Below are positions 26,867 to 36,522 of a stretch of DNA of 40,542 bases, piece after piece. Location of the stretch: positions 9,908 to 50,449 of the forward strand of contig JBBIRT010000004.1 of the NCBI GenBank assembly GCA_037441725.1, read 5' to 3'. Below the pieces are notes generated by a model that searched no databases, was not told the DNA's origin, and saw only the letters and a program-made list of their open reading frames with translations. Source of the DNA: Deltaproteobacteria bacterium. Its GTDB lineage: Bacteria > Desulfobacterota > BSN033 > UBA1163. Each line of letters starts with the position of its first letter. Positions within the stretch are counted from its first letter, which is position 1. Both the position numbers and the translations under genes were made by a program.

Positions 26867-27604
26867 TTAAGAGGCATTTAAATGGATACATTGCCCGACC
26901 ATGTAACTGCATACATCCGAAGCCAGAAAGGCCACCACAGGGGCAACATCTTCAGGTGTACACAACCGCTTGAGTACCGAGCTCTGTCGATAAGCCTCAA
27001 CAAATTGGACAGGGGCTTTCTGTACCAGGCCGGTCATGGCTAAGCCTGGGCCCACTGCATTCACAATGATCCCTGAAGCCCCAACCTCCCTGGCCAGTGC
27101 CTGGGTAAAGGCCTCAATGCCAGCCTTTGCTGCGCCATAAACAGAAATGGTAGGGATACCCTGTCCACCTGACACGTTGATGATCCTCCCATAATGCCGT
27201 GATAGCATATGGGGCAGAACCGCTTGGGCCACATTCATCTGGCCGTAAAGATTAACCTGAATATCAAAGTCCCAATCGTCCTTCGTCATCTCAAGAAAGG
27301 GTTTCAACTCACTGCTTGCCCCTGCATTATTGACCAAAATATCGATCTTGTTGAATTGATTCAGTGCTACCCTGACCATTTCCTCAACTTCTGTCCTTTT
27401 TGTGACATCTACTTTCACGGCCAAGGCCTTTTGACCTATGGCTTCGACTGCAGAGGCTGTCTTTTTAGCCCCTTCAAAATCGATATCCGCAGAGATGATG
27501 TCACATCCCTCCTTTGCTAAGGTCAAGGCGATAGCTTTCCCATAGCCGATTTGGCTGCCAGTTCCGGTCACCAGTGCCACTTTTCCTCTTAAACCCAGAT
27601 CCAT
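26867..27604 (-). CDS. Short-chain dehydrogenase/reductase
   Basis: TGxxxxIGYG, ILVNNAG and YGAAK motifs. Confidence 0.9.
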   Translation of the reverse strand: MDLGLRGKVALVTGTGSQIGYGKAIALTLAKEGCDIISADIDFEGAKKTASAVEAIGQKALAVKVDVTKRTEVEEMVRVALNQFNKIDILVNNAGASSELKPFLEMTKDDWDFDIQVNLYGQMNVAQAVLPHMLSRHYGRIINVSGGQGIPTISVYGAAKAGIEAFTQALAREVGASGIIVNAVGPGLAMTGLVQKAPVQFVEAYRQSSVLKRLCTPEDVAPVVAFLASDVCSYMVGQCIHLNAS

Positions 27605-27649
27605 CCTCTCCTCCTTTCATATTTTTAGGGATTATCTCCCATTCACAAG

Positions 27650-29509
27650 TTAAACCCAGAAGGGTTCCATGTCTTTGATCACATAGCTAAGACCAAGTTC
27701 TTGTAATTTTTCCCGAGTAGGGATTCCTTTCATTGTCCACCCTCGCAGTTGATAGTATTCATCAAGAAATTTTTCTAACGATCTCACCCTTTCTCCTTCT
27801 CCTGGGGCTTCTCGGGTGTGAAGAGGTTCGGTCTGAAATCGTTGGGGAAGGGTGTCATGTTGGCGATTAAAACCATCTCGGACATTAAAGGCGCGATCCA
27901 GGTTCCAGACCCTCTCGCCAACCTTCCTTAAATAATTCCAATCAGAAAATTCTTCAATGCCGGTAACCGCTGTGAGCATCTTCCCGAAAAGCTTTGGATA
28001 CCAATCTCCGCAGCTGAAGACAAAGGCACAGACAATTCCCACTTCTAAGCCGGCGTTGTTTTGATTATAAATCACAATATCTGCCTTTCCCTCCTCCGTA
28101 AAACGATCCACTGCCCTTGGAATGGGCATCCCCCATTCCTGGAAGGCTAAAGATCCATTGCCATGACTTCCACCAATATTTGAAGTGGCATAGCCAAAGC
28201 CTGTAGCCTTAAGCCCTCGTGGTTCATAGCCTGCCAGTTCCAATCCTTTGGATTGCATCGCATAAGCCTCTGCCCCTTTTCCAATGATCTTTGCTGCTTT
28301 CAAGGTGCCTTCAGCCAGGACATTGCCAAACCCTTCCCTCTTCCCAATTTTCTTGATCAGACTAATCATCGCAGAGTGATTACCATAGCTCAATTCTAAT
28401 CCATCTGTGTCCTCTTTGGTTAGGATACCTTTTTCATAAAGTTCAAAAGCAAATCCAATGGTCACCCCTGTACTGATCGTATCCATCCCTAAATCGTCGC
28501 AGAGTTGATCTGCCGCAATGGTTGCTTCAATATTGTTGCTATCGATTGGACCCGAAAAGGCCCAGTAGCTTTCATATTCTGGACCCTCACTCTTTGCACC
28601 CGCATAGGGTCCATCCGGAACCACATGAACCTTACCACATCGAATCGAACAGCTATAGCATCCGACATCGGCAATCCTCATCCTTTTAAAGGCCTCGGGA
28701 GACATCTTCTCATAACCGATCAATTGCCCAAAGCGATAATTCCGAACAGGATAAACCCCGAGCGAATTTCTTGTCATTGCCCCCTCCGTTGTGCCGAACT
28801 CTTTATTATAGGAGTAATCCTTACTTGCTTTCATGATTTCGAATTGTTCTCTAACAAGCACACGGAATCTTTCAGGATCGTGAACGGATAAGTTCCTCTT
28901 AGCCTGAATCGCTATGGCCTTTAATCTTTTAGATCCCATGACTGTCCCTACCCCACAACGACTGGCTGTTCTTCTTCCAGCAACAATGGAGGCATATTTT
29001 ACGAGATTTTCTGCAGCAGGACCGATGCAGGCTGTACGAAGACTATGGCCATGCTGGTTTTCAAGCCATTGCTGGGTTTGGGCCGTGTCTTTTCCCCAGA
29101 TCTCCCCTGCATCCATGAGCTTAGCTCCTTCAGGAGTGATGTAGAGATAAACAGGTTTATCAGATTTTCCTTCAATCAGAATGAAGTCATAACCAGAAAA
29201 TTTCATCCAAGCTCCAAAGTCCCCTCCACAATTGGCACGGGCATAACACCCGGTGAGGGGGCTTTTGGTACAGGCTATCCATCTGGCCACCCCTTGTGCC
29301 TGGGTTCCGGTCAGGACACCTGTTGAGAGGATCAGTTTATTTGCCTCACTCAAAGGGTCTACATGGGGAGAAAGCTCATCATAAAGATATTTAATCCCGA
29401 ACCCCCGGCCTGCAATGAAATCCATGACCACCTGAATGGGTAGAGGTTCATCCACGGTCGTTCCTTTTGAAAGGTTAACCCGTAAAAATTTCCCTGCATA
29501 TCCCTTCAT
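27650..29509 (-). CDS. aor: Aldehyde:ferredoxin oxidoreductase (tungsten AOR family)
   Basis: KSPLTG, GPAAENLV, GTVMGSKRLKAI, CxxCxxxC, EGPEYE, DDLGMDTIS and EYYQLRGW motifs. Confidence 0.93.
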   Translation of the reverse strand: MKGYAGKFLRVNLSKGTTVDEPLPIQVVMDFIAGRGFGIKYLYDELSPHVDPLSEANKLILSTGVLTGTQAQGVARWIACTKSPLTGCYARANCGGDFGAWMKFSGYDFILIEGKSDKPVYLYITPEGAKLMDAGEIWGKDTAQTQQWLENQHGHSLRTACIGPAAENLVKYASIVAGRRTASRCGVGTVMGSKRLKAIAIQAKRNLSVHDPERFRVLVREQFEIMKASKDYSYNKEFGTTEGAMTRNSLGVYPVRNYRFGQLIGYEKMSPEAFKRMRIADVGCYSCSIRCGKVHVVPDGPYAGAKSEGPEYESYWAFSGPIDSNNIEATIAADQLCDDLGMDTISTGVTIGFAFELYEKGILTKEDTDGLELSYGNHSAMISLIKKIGKREGFGNVLAEGTLKAAKIIGKGAEAYAMQSKGLELAGYEPRGLKATGFGYATSNIGGSHGNGSLAFQEWGMPIPRAVDRFTEEGKADIVIYNQNNAGLEVGIVCAFVFSCGDWYPKLFGKMLTAVTGIEEFSDWNYLRKVGERVWNLDRAFNVRDGFNRQHDTLPQRFQTEPLHTREAPGEGERVRSLEKFLDEYYQLRGWTMKGIPTREKLQELGLSYVIKDMEPFWV

Positions 29510-29570
29510 CTTTTTACCTCTTCATCCTTCTGCCCTTCTTAAAGAGGGCTAAATTTCACAGAATAGGTTT

Positions 29571-30317
29571 TTATAATTGAAGTGCTTCTCTTTCTTCGGA
29601 AGTGAGTGTGGATATAAAATTTTTAAGTTTCGCTTCACCTTTTGGTGTAACAAATGCTTTTCCACTTTTAATCTCCAAATAACCCATCAACTCCAACTCC
29701 TCACTCAATATCTGAACCATTATAGGACTTAAGGCAGGGTAAATTCCTTCGATTTGATCCCTTGAAAACTCATACAGGATCTTATCCGCTTCTATTCCTG
29801 GTTTGAGTAAAACTTTACTCAATATGCACATCTGTCTTCTAAAGTAAGGGGTTGCATCCCCCTTATCACTTAAGTCGAAGGCCTCCAGCCTCATGACCAT
29901 CGAAGTCCGAGTGTCTCCACAGATTACAGTGGGGGTCCTTCCCACCCTCCTCTCCTTCTGGGGAGGCCAGTTGAATGCCTCTTGAGGGGTTAACCTGGCC
30001 ATGTGATAGGGAGGTTCAACAATTGTTTCCAATACATTTCTGAACCCGAGGCCATCATATTTCTTAAGGCTCGGGTCCTTTCTACTTACCGGTGCATACC
30101 AGAATGGGTAATAGTATCCATGGGTGACGATTCTTGGTCCTGCAGCACAGAGAGGCATCATCCTTGGAATCAGAATGAATGCCATATGGGGACAGATCCT
30201 GCCGATATATTTTTCACCATCATAAATAAATTCATCTCCTACTTTATGTTGAAAGTGACAAGGATACTTCTCTTCATCTCCTAAAAATCCTACCACGGTT
30301 GCCTTCACCTGAAACAT
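29571..30317 (-). CDS. Hypothetical protein, TIGR04076-like N-terminus and possible C-terminal winged helix
   Basis: CHFQHKVGDEF...ICP pattern; C-terminal LELMGYLE...VTPKG resembles a wHTH wing. Confidence 0.5.
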   Translation of the reverse strand: MFQVKATVVGFLGDEEKYPCHFQHKVGDEFIYDGEKYIGRICPHMAFILIPRMMPLCAAGPRIVTHGYYYPFWYAPVSRKDPSLKKYDGLGFRNVLETIVEPPYHMARLTPQEAFNWPPQKERRVGRTPTVICGDTRTSMVMRLEAFDLSDKGDATPYFRRQMCILSKVLLKPGIEADKILYEFSRDQIEGIYPALSPIMVQILSEELELMGYLEIKSGKAFVTPKGEAKLKNFISTLTSEEREALQL

Positions 30318-30337
30318 AAGGACCTCCTTTGTTCGAT

Positions 30338-31129
30338 TTAATGGGATGGGTGATAGGGACTCAAGGGAATGCCTCCTGACACCAACAGGGTTTCACCGGT
30401 GATAAAGGCCGAGAGTTCTGAAGCTAAAAAAAGGGCACACCCTGCTATGTCTTCAGGAGTCCCAACTCTCTGTAAGGGTACTTTATTCTTGCCAATTCCT
30501 TCAAAAAAGGCCTCTTTCTCTTTTTCTGTCAGGGATCCAATCATGGAATCATAAAAAGAGGTTCGGATAGGGCCTGGCAGAATGGCGTTTACATTGATAT
30601 GATAAGGGGCCAAGGCGAAGGCAAGATCAAAGGTAAAGCCAAGAATCCCTGCTTTTGCGGTGTTGTAATGGATCACATGAGCAGGCGGATAAATTGCCCC
30701 AATTGAAGAGATATTAATGATCTTTCCATACCTTCTTTTCTTCATATGAGGAACAACAAATTTACAAAAAAGAAAATTGCTTTTTAGATTTAAGGCAAGA
30801 ACATGATCCCAATCTTCTTCGGTAACCTCCTCGATAGGTGGAGTTGGATGCATTCCACCTGCATTATTCACCAATATATCCAATTTGCCAAATTTTGCGA
30901 TCACTTTCTCCACAGTTTCACGAACCTGATCCATTTGGGTCACATCACATTTTAAGGCCATGCCTTCTCTTCCCTTCTTCAATATCTCTCCCAAGGTGTC
31001 ATGGGCTTCTTTCATGCTGATGTCGGCGAGGGCTACAGTACAACCCTCCTCTGCAAATTTAAGGGCCATCCCCCTTCCCATTCCTTTTGCTCCTCCTGTA
31101 ATCATGGCCACCTTATCTGAAAGTAACAT
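30338..31129 (-). CDS. Short-chain dehydrogenase/reductase (FabG-like)
   Basis: TGGAKGMG, ILVNNAG, YNTAK and ITGETL motifs; AGGAGGAG RBS before ATG 31129. Confidence 0.92.
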   Translation of the reverse strand: MLLSDKVAMITGGAKGMGRGMALKFAEEGCTVALADISMKEAHDTLGEILKKGREGMALKCDVTQMDQVRETVEKVIAKFGKLDILVNNAGGMHPTPPIEEVTEEDWDHVLALNLKSNFLFCKFVVPHMKKRRYGKIINISSIGAIYPPAHVIHYNTAKAGILGFTFDLAFALAPYHINVNAILPGPIRTSFYDSMIGSLTEKEKEAFFEGIGKNKVPLQRVGTPEDIAGCALFLASELSAFITGETLLVSGGIPLSPYHPSH

Positions 31130-31314
31130 TTTCTCCTCCTTTCTTCCTCTTTCCCATTCCTGATTTCTCACAGAAATTTAGGATTTCATAAAAATCATAA
31201 GCATTGGCTAAACATGGGTTAGCCTTTATCCTTTGTATTTGCCCAGCGAGGTATGGCTTCGTATAGGGAGGTAAAAAAACATGATCGAATGTCGAAAATG
31301 AACAATATACCGTT

Positions 31315-33000
31315 TTAAAAGTTATTCTCTTCTTTCCCATAAGAGGGCAAGACATAATCTCCTTCTTTGGGATAATCAGGATAGTCAGGGGGAATGTAGG
31401 CTGTCCAATCGGCAACCGTATTTGGATCCAACATCTTTTTAATCTTCCTCAACCAGACATCGTAATGGTCATAAAGATGTCCCCAGTTCTGATGGACATG
31501 GGTGACCGGTTCAATCTGGAGGCAGCCCCCTCGTGAGGGGATTCCAAATCTTTTAAATTGGCTCCTTGGATCAAATAGCTCATTAATAAATTCTCGGGCT
31601 GCTTTAAGAGAGAAGGGATCAAAGGGATCATAAATAGCTGTGGAAATCCCTTGTGCTCCTATTGAAAGATGTTCCTCTGGTCTCCAGGAGACCATCCTCT
31701 TTTCTATACTTCCAACTGGCATAAAGGCCCCACTTTTTTCATATTTTTCCTTGACTTTACCTTCCAGGAGGGCCAATCTCTTTAACATGTCAGGGGAGCC
31801 ATCCGGACTGGATGAGGATGGGAGAAAGTCTCCTGTCGCCCTGAGGTTTACTCCTGTTGACCAAATAATATCGGCAAAGGCCCTTGCCAGACTTCTTTGG
31901 TTATTATACTGAGGAAGAAAAGACCCTCCCCATTTTTCAGTGATGGCCATAATCACTTTTTCTTTATATTCAATCTCTCTTTGGGATTGACCCCCTATGA
32001 CCAAGACGACTGAGTTTTTAAATAGATCTAATCCCTCTCTCTGGTCTGGATCTGCATTCTGCATCTTTTGAATCATTGCCCAATGTTCATCATTCCCTTC
32101 TGGGATGACCTCAGCACCGATGATTCCAATTCCCAAAGCATATAATATTTCTGCACGACAAAACTCAGCCGCTGCCTCCAGGGTATCATCCAGATTACGA
32201 AAAGTTGGAATAAATACCTTATACCCATTCAGCACGTCATCCAATTGTCCGAGGGAGAGAACCTCTCCTGGTTGTTTGGTCTGTTCCCACTCAGGAGGGC
32301 CATACCATGGATAGAGCTTTACACTTGCCTTTGTAATGATACCATGGCCACCATTGGCTCCTGTTCTACCTCTCAATATGCCTCTTAGGCTAAAGCCCGG
32401 GCCATCCGCTGAGAAAAGATCTTCACCATTCTCACCTGTTCCCATTCTAAGAACCTCCCCAGTCGGAAGGACCCATTCAACGCCGAGGACATTGCGGCCA
32501 TAGCCACTGGTAAAGACCATTGTATGCTGACATCCATGGTGGCAGCATTCAGCAGCAATAACCCCGGCACTATATCCAACCCCTATTCTTCCTGTATAAA
32601 GGCCAAATTTTGCTGCCTCTAATTGGAGCCTATAAACAGAAACGTAGGGTTCCACGACTGCTCGCATATTTTTAGCATCGATTTCCAAGATTCGATTCAT
32701 CCTTCTGAGGTCGAGGAGGATTCCCTTTCCATGAAGAAGCGATAGAGAGAGATATTCAAATCCTGAAGAGAAGGCTTTAAATAGAATTTGGTATTGATTA
32801 CATACCCTAACAATTGCCTGAATTTCCTCCGTCGTGGCAGGGAGAAGAACAGCTGATGGTCGTACTGAATGTTTTTCATCGAAAAAGAATTTATTCCCCC
32901 ATACTTGATTATAGGTATCGAGGATTTCAGGCTCCTGAGTGATATATTCAGGCCCTACGATGTCTTCGAGTGCTTGATACGCTTCCTTAGGCAGTTTCAT
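31315..33000 (-). CDS. FAD-binding oxidoreductase (GlcD/PCMH-type FAD domain)
   Basis: LEDIVG, VLLP.TTEEIQAIV, DLRRMNRILEID, VLGVEWVLPTGE and IKKMLDPN motifs. Confidence 0.85.
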   Translation of the reverse strand: MKLPKEAYQALEDIVGPEYITQEPEILDTYNQVWGNKFFFDEKHSVRPSAVLLPATTEEIQAIVRVCNQYQILFKAFSSGFEYLSLSLLHGKGILLDLRRMNRILEIDAKNMRAVVEPYVSVYRLQLEAAKFGLYTGRIGVGYSAGVIAAECCHHGCQHTMVFTSGYGRNVLGVEWVLPTGEVLRMGTGENGEDLFSADGPGFSLRGILRGRTGANGGHGIITKASVKLYPWYGPPEWEQTKQPGEVLSLGQLDDVLNGYKVFIPTFRNLDDTLEAAAEFCRAEILYALGIGIIGAEVIPEGNDEHWAMIQKMQNADPDQREGLDLFKNSVVLVIGGQSQREIEYKEKVIMAITEKWGGSFLPQYNNQRSLARAFADIIWSTGVNLRATGDFLPSSSSPDGSPDMLKRLALLEGKVKEKYEKSGAFMPVGSIEKRMVSWRPEEHLSIGAQGISTAIYDPFDPFSLKAAREFINELFDPRSQFKRFGIPSRGGCLQIEPVTHVHQNWGHLYDHYDVWLRKIKKMLDPNTVADWTAYIPPDYPDYPKEGDYVLPSYGKEENNF

Positions 33001-33036
33001 AGAGAAGCCTCCTGGTCTTATTCAATTCTATTTCCC

Positions 33037-34311
33037 TCAGATGCTACTTTGGACGATCTCGATGAGGTCATAGGCTTCAATTTTATCCCCTGTCTCTTTG
33101 ATGGCGTTTAAGAAATTCCTTTTACACCAAGGGCAGGCACTCACGATGGCCTCGGCCCCAATAGATCTTGCCTCTTTGAGCCTCTCGGAGGCAGTCCAGA
33201 TAGCAAAGTCAGGATAGGCATCAATTACTCCCCCCCCAGCACCACAGCACCAGGCATATTCTTTAATACGGTACATCTCAACGAAATCAATCCCCGGAAT
33301 CCTTCTCAATATTTCCCTTGGGGGTTCATAAACACCATTGGCACCTCGTCTATATTTCTTTGGTGGATCGTGAATAATCATTGGACCCAACCCCTTTTTC
33401 TCCTTCCCCTGCCAGTGGATCCAAGGTTCTCCCAACCTTCCCAGGTGGCAGGGGTCGTGATAGGTTACTTTCAAAGGGACCTTTTTATTGAATTTGATTT
33501 TTCCTGTTTTGATTAAAAGTTCAAGGTATTGGGTGATATGGAATATCTCAATCCCCAGCTTCTTACCGATTTTATCATAGAGGACTTTGAAAGAGGCATA
33601 ACAATCAGAACAAGGAGTTACCAGAGTTTTTACCCCAGCAGTCTGAAATGCCTCTCGCTGATGCTCTGCATATTTCATCAGTTCCCCCACATATCCCAAT
33701 TCATAGGCGCGTCCTCCACAACAAACCTCTTCTGCTCCTAAAATGCCAATGTCCACATTTGCCTTCTGAAGGAGGTTTAATCCAGCCCGGGCCACTGGCC
33801 ATAATTCTTTATCGAAAGAATACCGACACCCCACATGATAAATGACATCGGCCTTCTCCTTAGTAAGGTTTTTAACGTCAAGCCCTTTCGCCCAATTTCC
33901 CCTATCCGCCTTCAAAGACTGCATCATGTTATCTTCTTTCTGAAGGCCTTCGATTACACTCATATGGGCAGGGATCAATTGTCCCTCCTCAACGCACTTC
34001 ATTCTAAGTTCTTGCATCAATTGGAGGGGTTCTAAATCTTGCTGGACCTTACAGGAGATATCACAACTGCCATCCATATGACATTTATAAAGGATATCTA
34101 AAAAGGTATCGGTTATTTCTATTCTCTCTAAGAGAAGGGAATAGGCCATGTTGAATTTTCCACTGGCTGAGAAGGCATGCCAGTGGTACCTTGAAATGGA
34201 AGGACAGCCCTCCATAAAATTTGTATTTCGAACATATCGATAGGGAATCCATTTACAATATGAACACCTCGTGCATCTCTGCATATCATGGACATAATCT
34301 TGCCAGGCCAT
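33037..34311 (-). CDS. Fe-S oxidoreductase with CCG domains (GlcF/HdrD-like)
   Basis: CxxCxxC at the N-terminus, EVCCG, YHDPCHLGR, CCGAGGG and SACPWC motifs. Confidence 0.9.
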   Translation of the reverse strand: MAWQDYVHDMQRCTRCSYCKWIPYRYVRNTNFMEGCPSISRYHWHAFSASGKFNMAYSLLLERIEITDTFLDILYKCHMDGSCDISCKVQQDLEPLQLMQELRMKCVEEGQLIPAHMSVIEGLQKEDNMMQSLKADRGNWAKGLDVKNLTKEKADVIYHVGCRYSFDKELWPVARAGLNLLQKANVDIGILGAEEVCCGGRAYELGYVGELMKYAEHQREAFQTAGVKTLVTPCSDCYASFKVLYDKIGKKLGIEIFHITQYLELLIKTGKIKFNKKVPLKVTYHDPCHLGRLGEPWIHWQGKEKKGLGPMIIHDPPKKYRRGANGVYEPPREILRRIPGIDFVEMYRIKEYAWCCGAGGGVIDAYPDFAIWTASERLKEARSIGAEAIVSACPWCKRNFLNAIKETGDKIEAYDLIEIVQSSI

Positions 34312-34375
34312 TACCTAACTCCTCTGTATATTTGCGGCAGGTTAAAGGATTTCAATGACGTTTTTATTTCTAATT

Positions 34376-35836
34376 TTAGAAACATAGTTTTCCAGGATTG
34401 AGAATTCCGTTTGGATCGAATATTTGTTTGATCTTTTTTTGCATGGCCAGAGTCCCTCTGGCCTTAGAATAGGCCACTTCCTTCCATCCCCCATATGGTC
34501 TTGAGAAGAAACCTCCGTGATTGGCGATCTCTTTGCTTGCCTCAAGGATAAATTTCTTAGTCCCTTCGATTTCATTTATCTGATTTGGGTTAAAATAGAG
34601 ATTGAATTCACAGTGACAACTGGTTCCCTGAACGATGGGTTGAATGTAAACGCCTATCTCTTCTGATGGAAAACCATAAAGGGAGGACAGATTGGATATT
34701 GTATGAATAAAACGGGGCGTCTTATCCAAAGTGGTTAAAAAGAAAAGGTCTTGAAAACCTCCCTTGAATCTCATCTTCCAGTATGGTTCGGTTGAGGGGC
34801 GGGAGAGCAGTTTTAGAAGATCATCAGCTTTTACCCCAAATATTTGATCTTGAGGGTGGAGGTGACAGGATTGAGCCATCATGCGAAAATCAGTCTCTTC
34901 AAATTCCACTTTTTCTTTAGGCAATATCCCATATCCCTCGAAACTGGTAAATAAGATCCAGGATGGGAAGAGATTTCTTAATTTATTTATTTCATCAGGT
35001 TCATGGGTCAGGAGGCAGGCAAGATTAAGACCATTCAATATGAAGAGGGCACCACTCAACCTGAATCTTGTAAAAAGGTAACCCAATTCTAGGAGGGGCT
35101 CAATGTTTTCGGAGGGAACCAGAAGGGCTCGGCTTATCTCAGATAGGTAGCTACATTTTAGTGTGGCCCATGTGACCATGCCAATCGTTCCCTGAGCCCC
35201 TGAGATCAAACGCTGAAAATCGATATGACTATGGCCAAAGGGATTCATCTGGAATCTTCCCATTTCCCATTGTTCTTCTACCGTATCAGGACCAGAGGCC
35301 TCTCCAGTCCTGAATTTATCTCCTGTCCCAAAGATGACCTCAGCACAAAGAAAAGGATCCGTACTATCCCAATGATGACTCGGTCGAATGATCGGTTCTC
35401 TCTCCAAGGTACTGCCGATCACTGATTTAGACCTGCGTGGAAGCAATGGCATATAGGCACATAATCTGTGTTTGGCTAATTCAGATTGGAGTTCTCCATA
35501 GGTGACCCCCGGTTCGATCATGGCGATCTTATTTTTAGGGTCAATTCTAATTATTCTCTTCATTCGACTTAGATCGACGATGATCGCCCCATCGATCCCT
35601 GGGACCGTATCCCCTCTAAAATGGGGGGGGCCAGAGCTTATCGGAATAAGGGGGGTCTGAGTTTTATTTGCCCATTGGATGATTCGCTGGACTTCATCTG
35701 TATTCGCAGGTCTAACGATTCCCTTCGGTTTGATGCGTGGATTAAAACTTAAGTCTTCTGCGTATTCGTCAAGAAAGGTTGGATGATCAAAGACATATTC
35801 ACTCCCGACAATTTTTTCAAGTTCTAACTCCGCCAT
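34376..35836 (-). CDS. FAD-binding oxidoreductase (GlcD/GlcE-like)
   Basis: LEKIVG, DLSRMKRI, EPGVTY, GAQGTIG and KQIFDPNGILNPGK motifs; ATG 35836 follows GGGGG. Confidence 0.87.
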   Translation of the reverse strand: MAELELEKIVGSEYVFDHPTFLDEYAEDLSFNPRIKPKGIVRPANTDEVQRIIQWANKTQTPLIPISSGPPHFRGDTVPGIDGAIIVDLSRMKRIIRIDPKNKIAMIEPGVTYGELQSELAKHRLCAYMPLLPRRSKSVIGSTLEREPIIRPSHHWDSTDPFLCAEVIFGTGDKFRTGEASGPDTVEEQWEMGRFQMNPFGHSHIDFQRLISGAQGTIGMVTWATLKCSYLSEISRALLVPSENIEPLLELGYLFTRFRLSGALFILNGLNLACLLTHEPDEINKLRNLFPSWILFTSFEGYGILPKEKVEFEETDFRMMAQSCHLHPQDQIFGVKADDLLKLLSRPSTEPYWKMRFKGGFQDLFFLTTLDKTPRFIHTISNLSSLYGFPSEEIGVYIQPIVQGTSCHCEFNLYFNPNQINEIEGTKKFILEASKEIANHGGFFSRPYGGWKEVAYSKARGTLAMQKKIKQIFDPNGILNPGKLCF

Positions 35837-35876
35837 CCGCAACCCCCGACAGGATTTTAAAAGGAGACTTAGATTC

Positions 35877-36103
35877 GTAATGCTTCACTCATTCGTGGAA
35901 TTAGGCAGGGATCTCGGAGAAAATTTTATAGCGGAAACCTCAGCTTGCCCCATAACTCCAGAATTCCTTATACATTTGAAGGCTGTCATGAGTTGGATGA
36001 AATGACTTTTACCCACCCCTTTTTGAAGTGCTCCGCTTTATAAAATTTTCGGAGATATCCCTGCCTGATCCTAACAGGGTTCCCCACTTCAGTGATGCAT
36101 TAC
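35877..36103 (-). mobile_element. 227-bp MITE-like element, copy 3 (inverted relative to copies 1 and 2)
   Basis: Ends GTAATGCTTCAC...GTGATGCATTAC. Perfect 8-bp direct repeat TTAGATTC at 35869-35876 and 36104-36111. Confidence 0.9.
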
Positions 36104-36114
36104 TTAGATTCTTA

Positions 36115-36522
36115 TCAAACGTGATTAAGTTTTACTCTCTTCAGAAGGCTTCCTTCCATTTTTCTAAAAATTCCATCCGGTGTAGTTAAAGTGATTCCGA
36201 AATCCACTACCAAATCTTTGATGATGGGAAATCCCCTTAATGGCTCAACCAGGAGGTGTTCTCCAGGGTTAAGAGGTCTTGAGCAGGTTTGGATCCCTTT
36301 TCCATCTACCATCATAAGGCAGGACATACACCACGAACAGCCACAACAATAGTCCCGAAAGGATAATGTTTCATCAAGGTTGTCTCGGACATACTTTATC
36401 GCACTTAATAATAAAAGCCCTTCTCTCCACGGGAGGTTATAATTTTGATATTTTGGTTTAAGATCTATACTGGGATCGTATCTGAATATTTTTAATGAAA
36501 TCGGTTCGATCTTCATACTCAC
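36115..36522 (-). CDS. Stand-alone 2Fe-2S domain of SdhB/FrdB type
   Basis: KIFRYDP, LSFR..CxxxxCxxC...TC and VEPL.GFPIIKDLVVD motifs; the C-terminal 4Fe-4S/3Fe-4S domain is absent. Confidence 0.82.
   Translation of the reverse strand: MSMKIEPISLKIFRYDPSIDLKPKYQNYNLPWREGLLLLSAIKYVRDNLDETLSFRDYCCGCSWCMSCLMMVDGKGIQTCSRPLNPGEHLLVEPLRGFPIIKDLVVDFGITLTTPDGIFRKMEGSLLKRVKLNHV

Noticed and set aside
1825-36103. CRISPR or REP-array interpretation of the repeats
   Set aside because: The copies are long, dispersed and flanked by target duplications; no repeat-spacer periodicity or cas genes were seen.
36104-36117. MITE insertion as the cause of the short SdhB-like gene
   Set aside because: The gene ends in TGA TAA before the target duplication, and removing the MITE reveals no missing 4Fe-4S domain.
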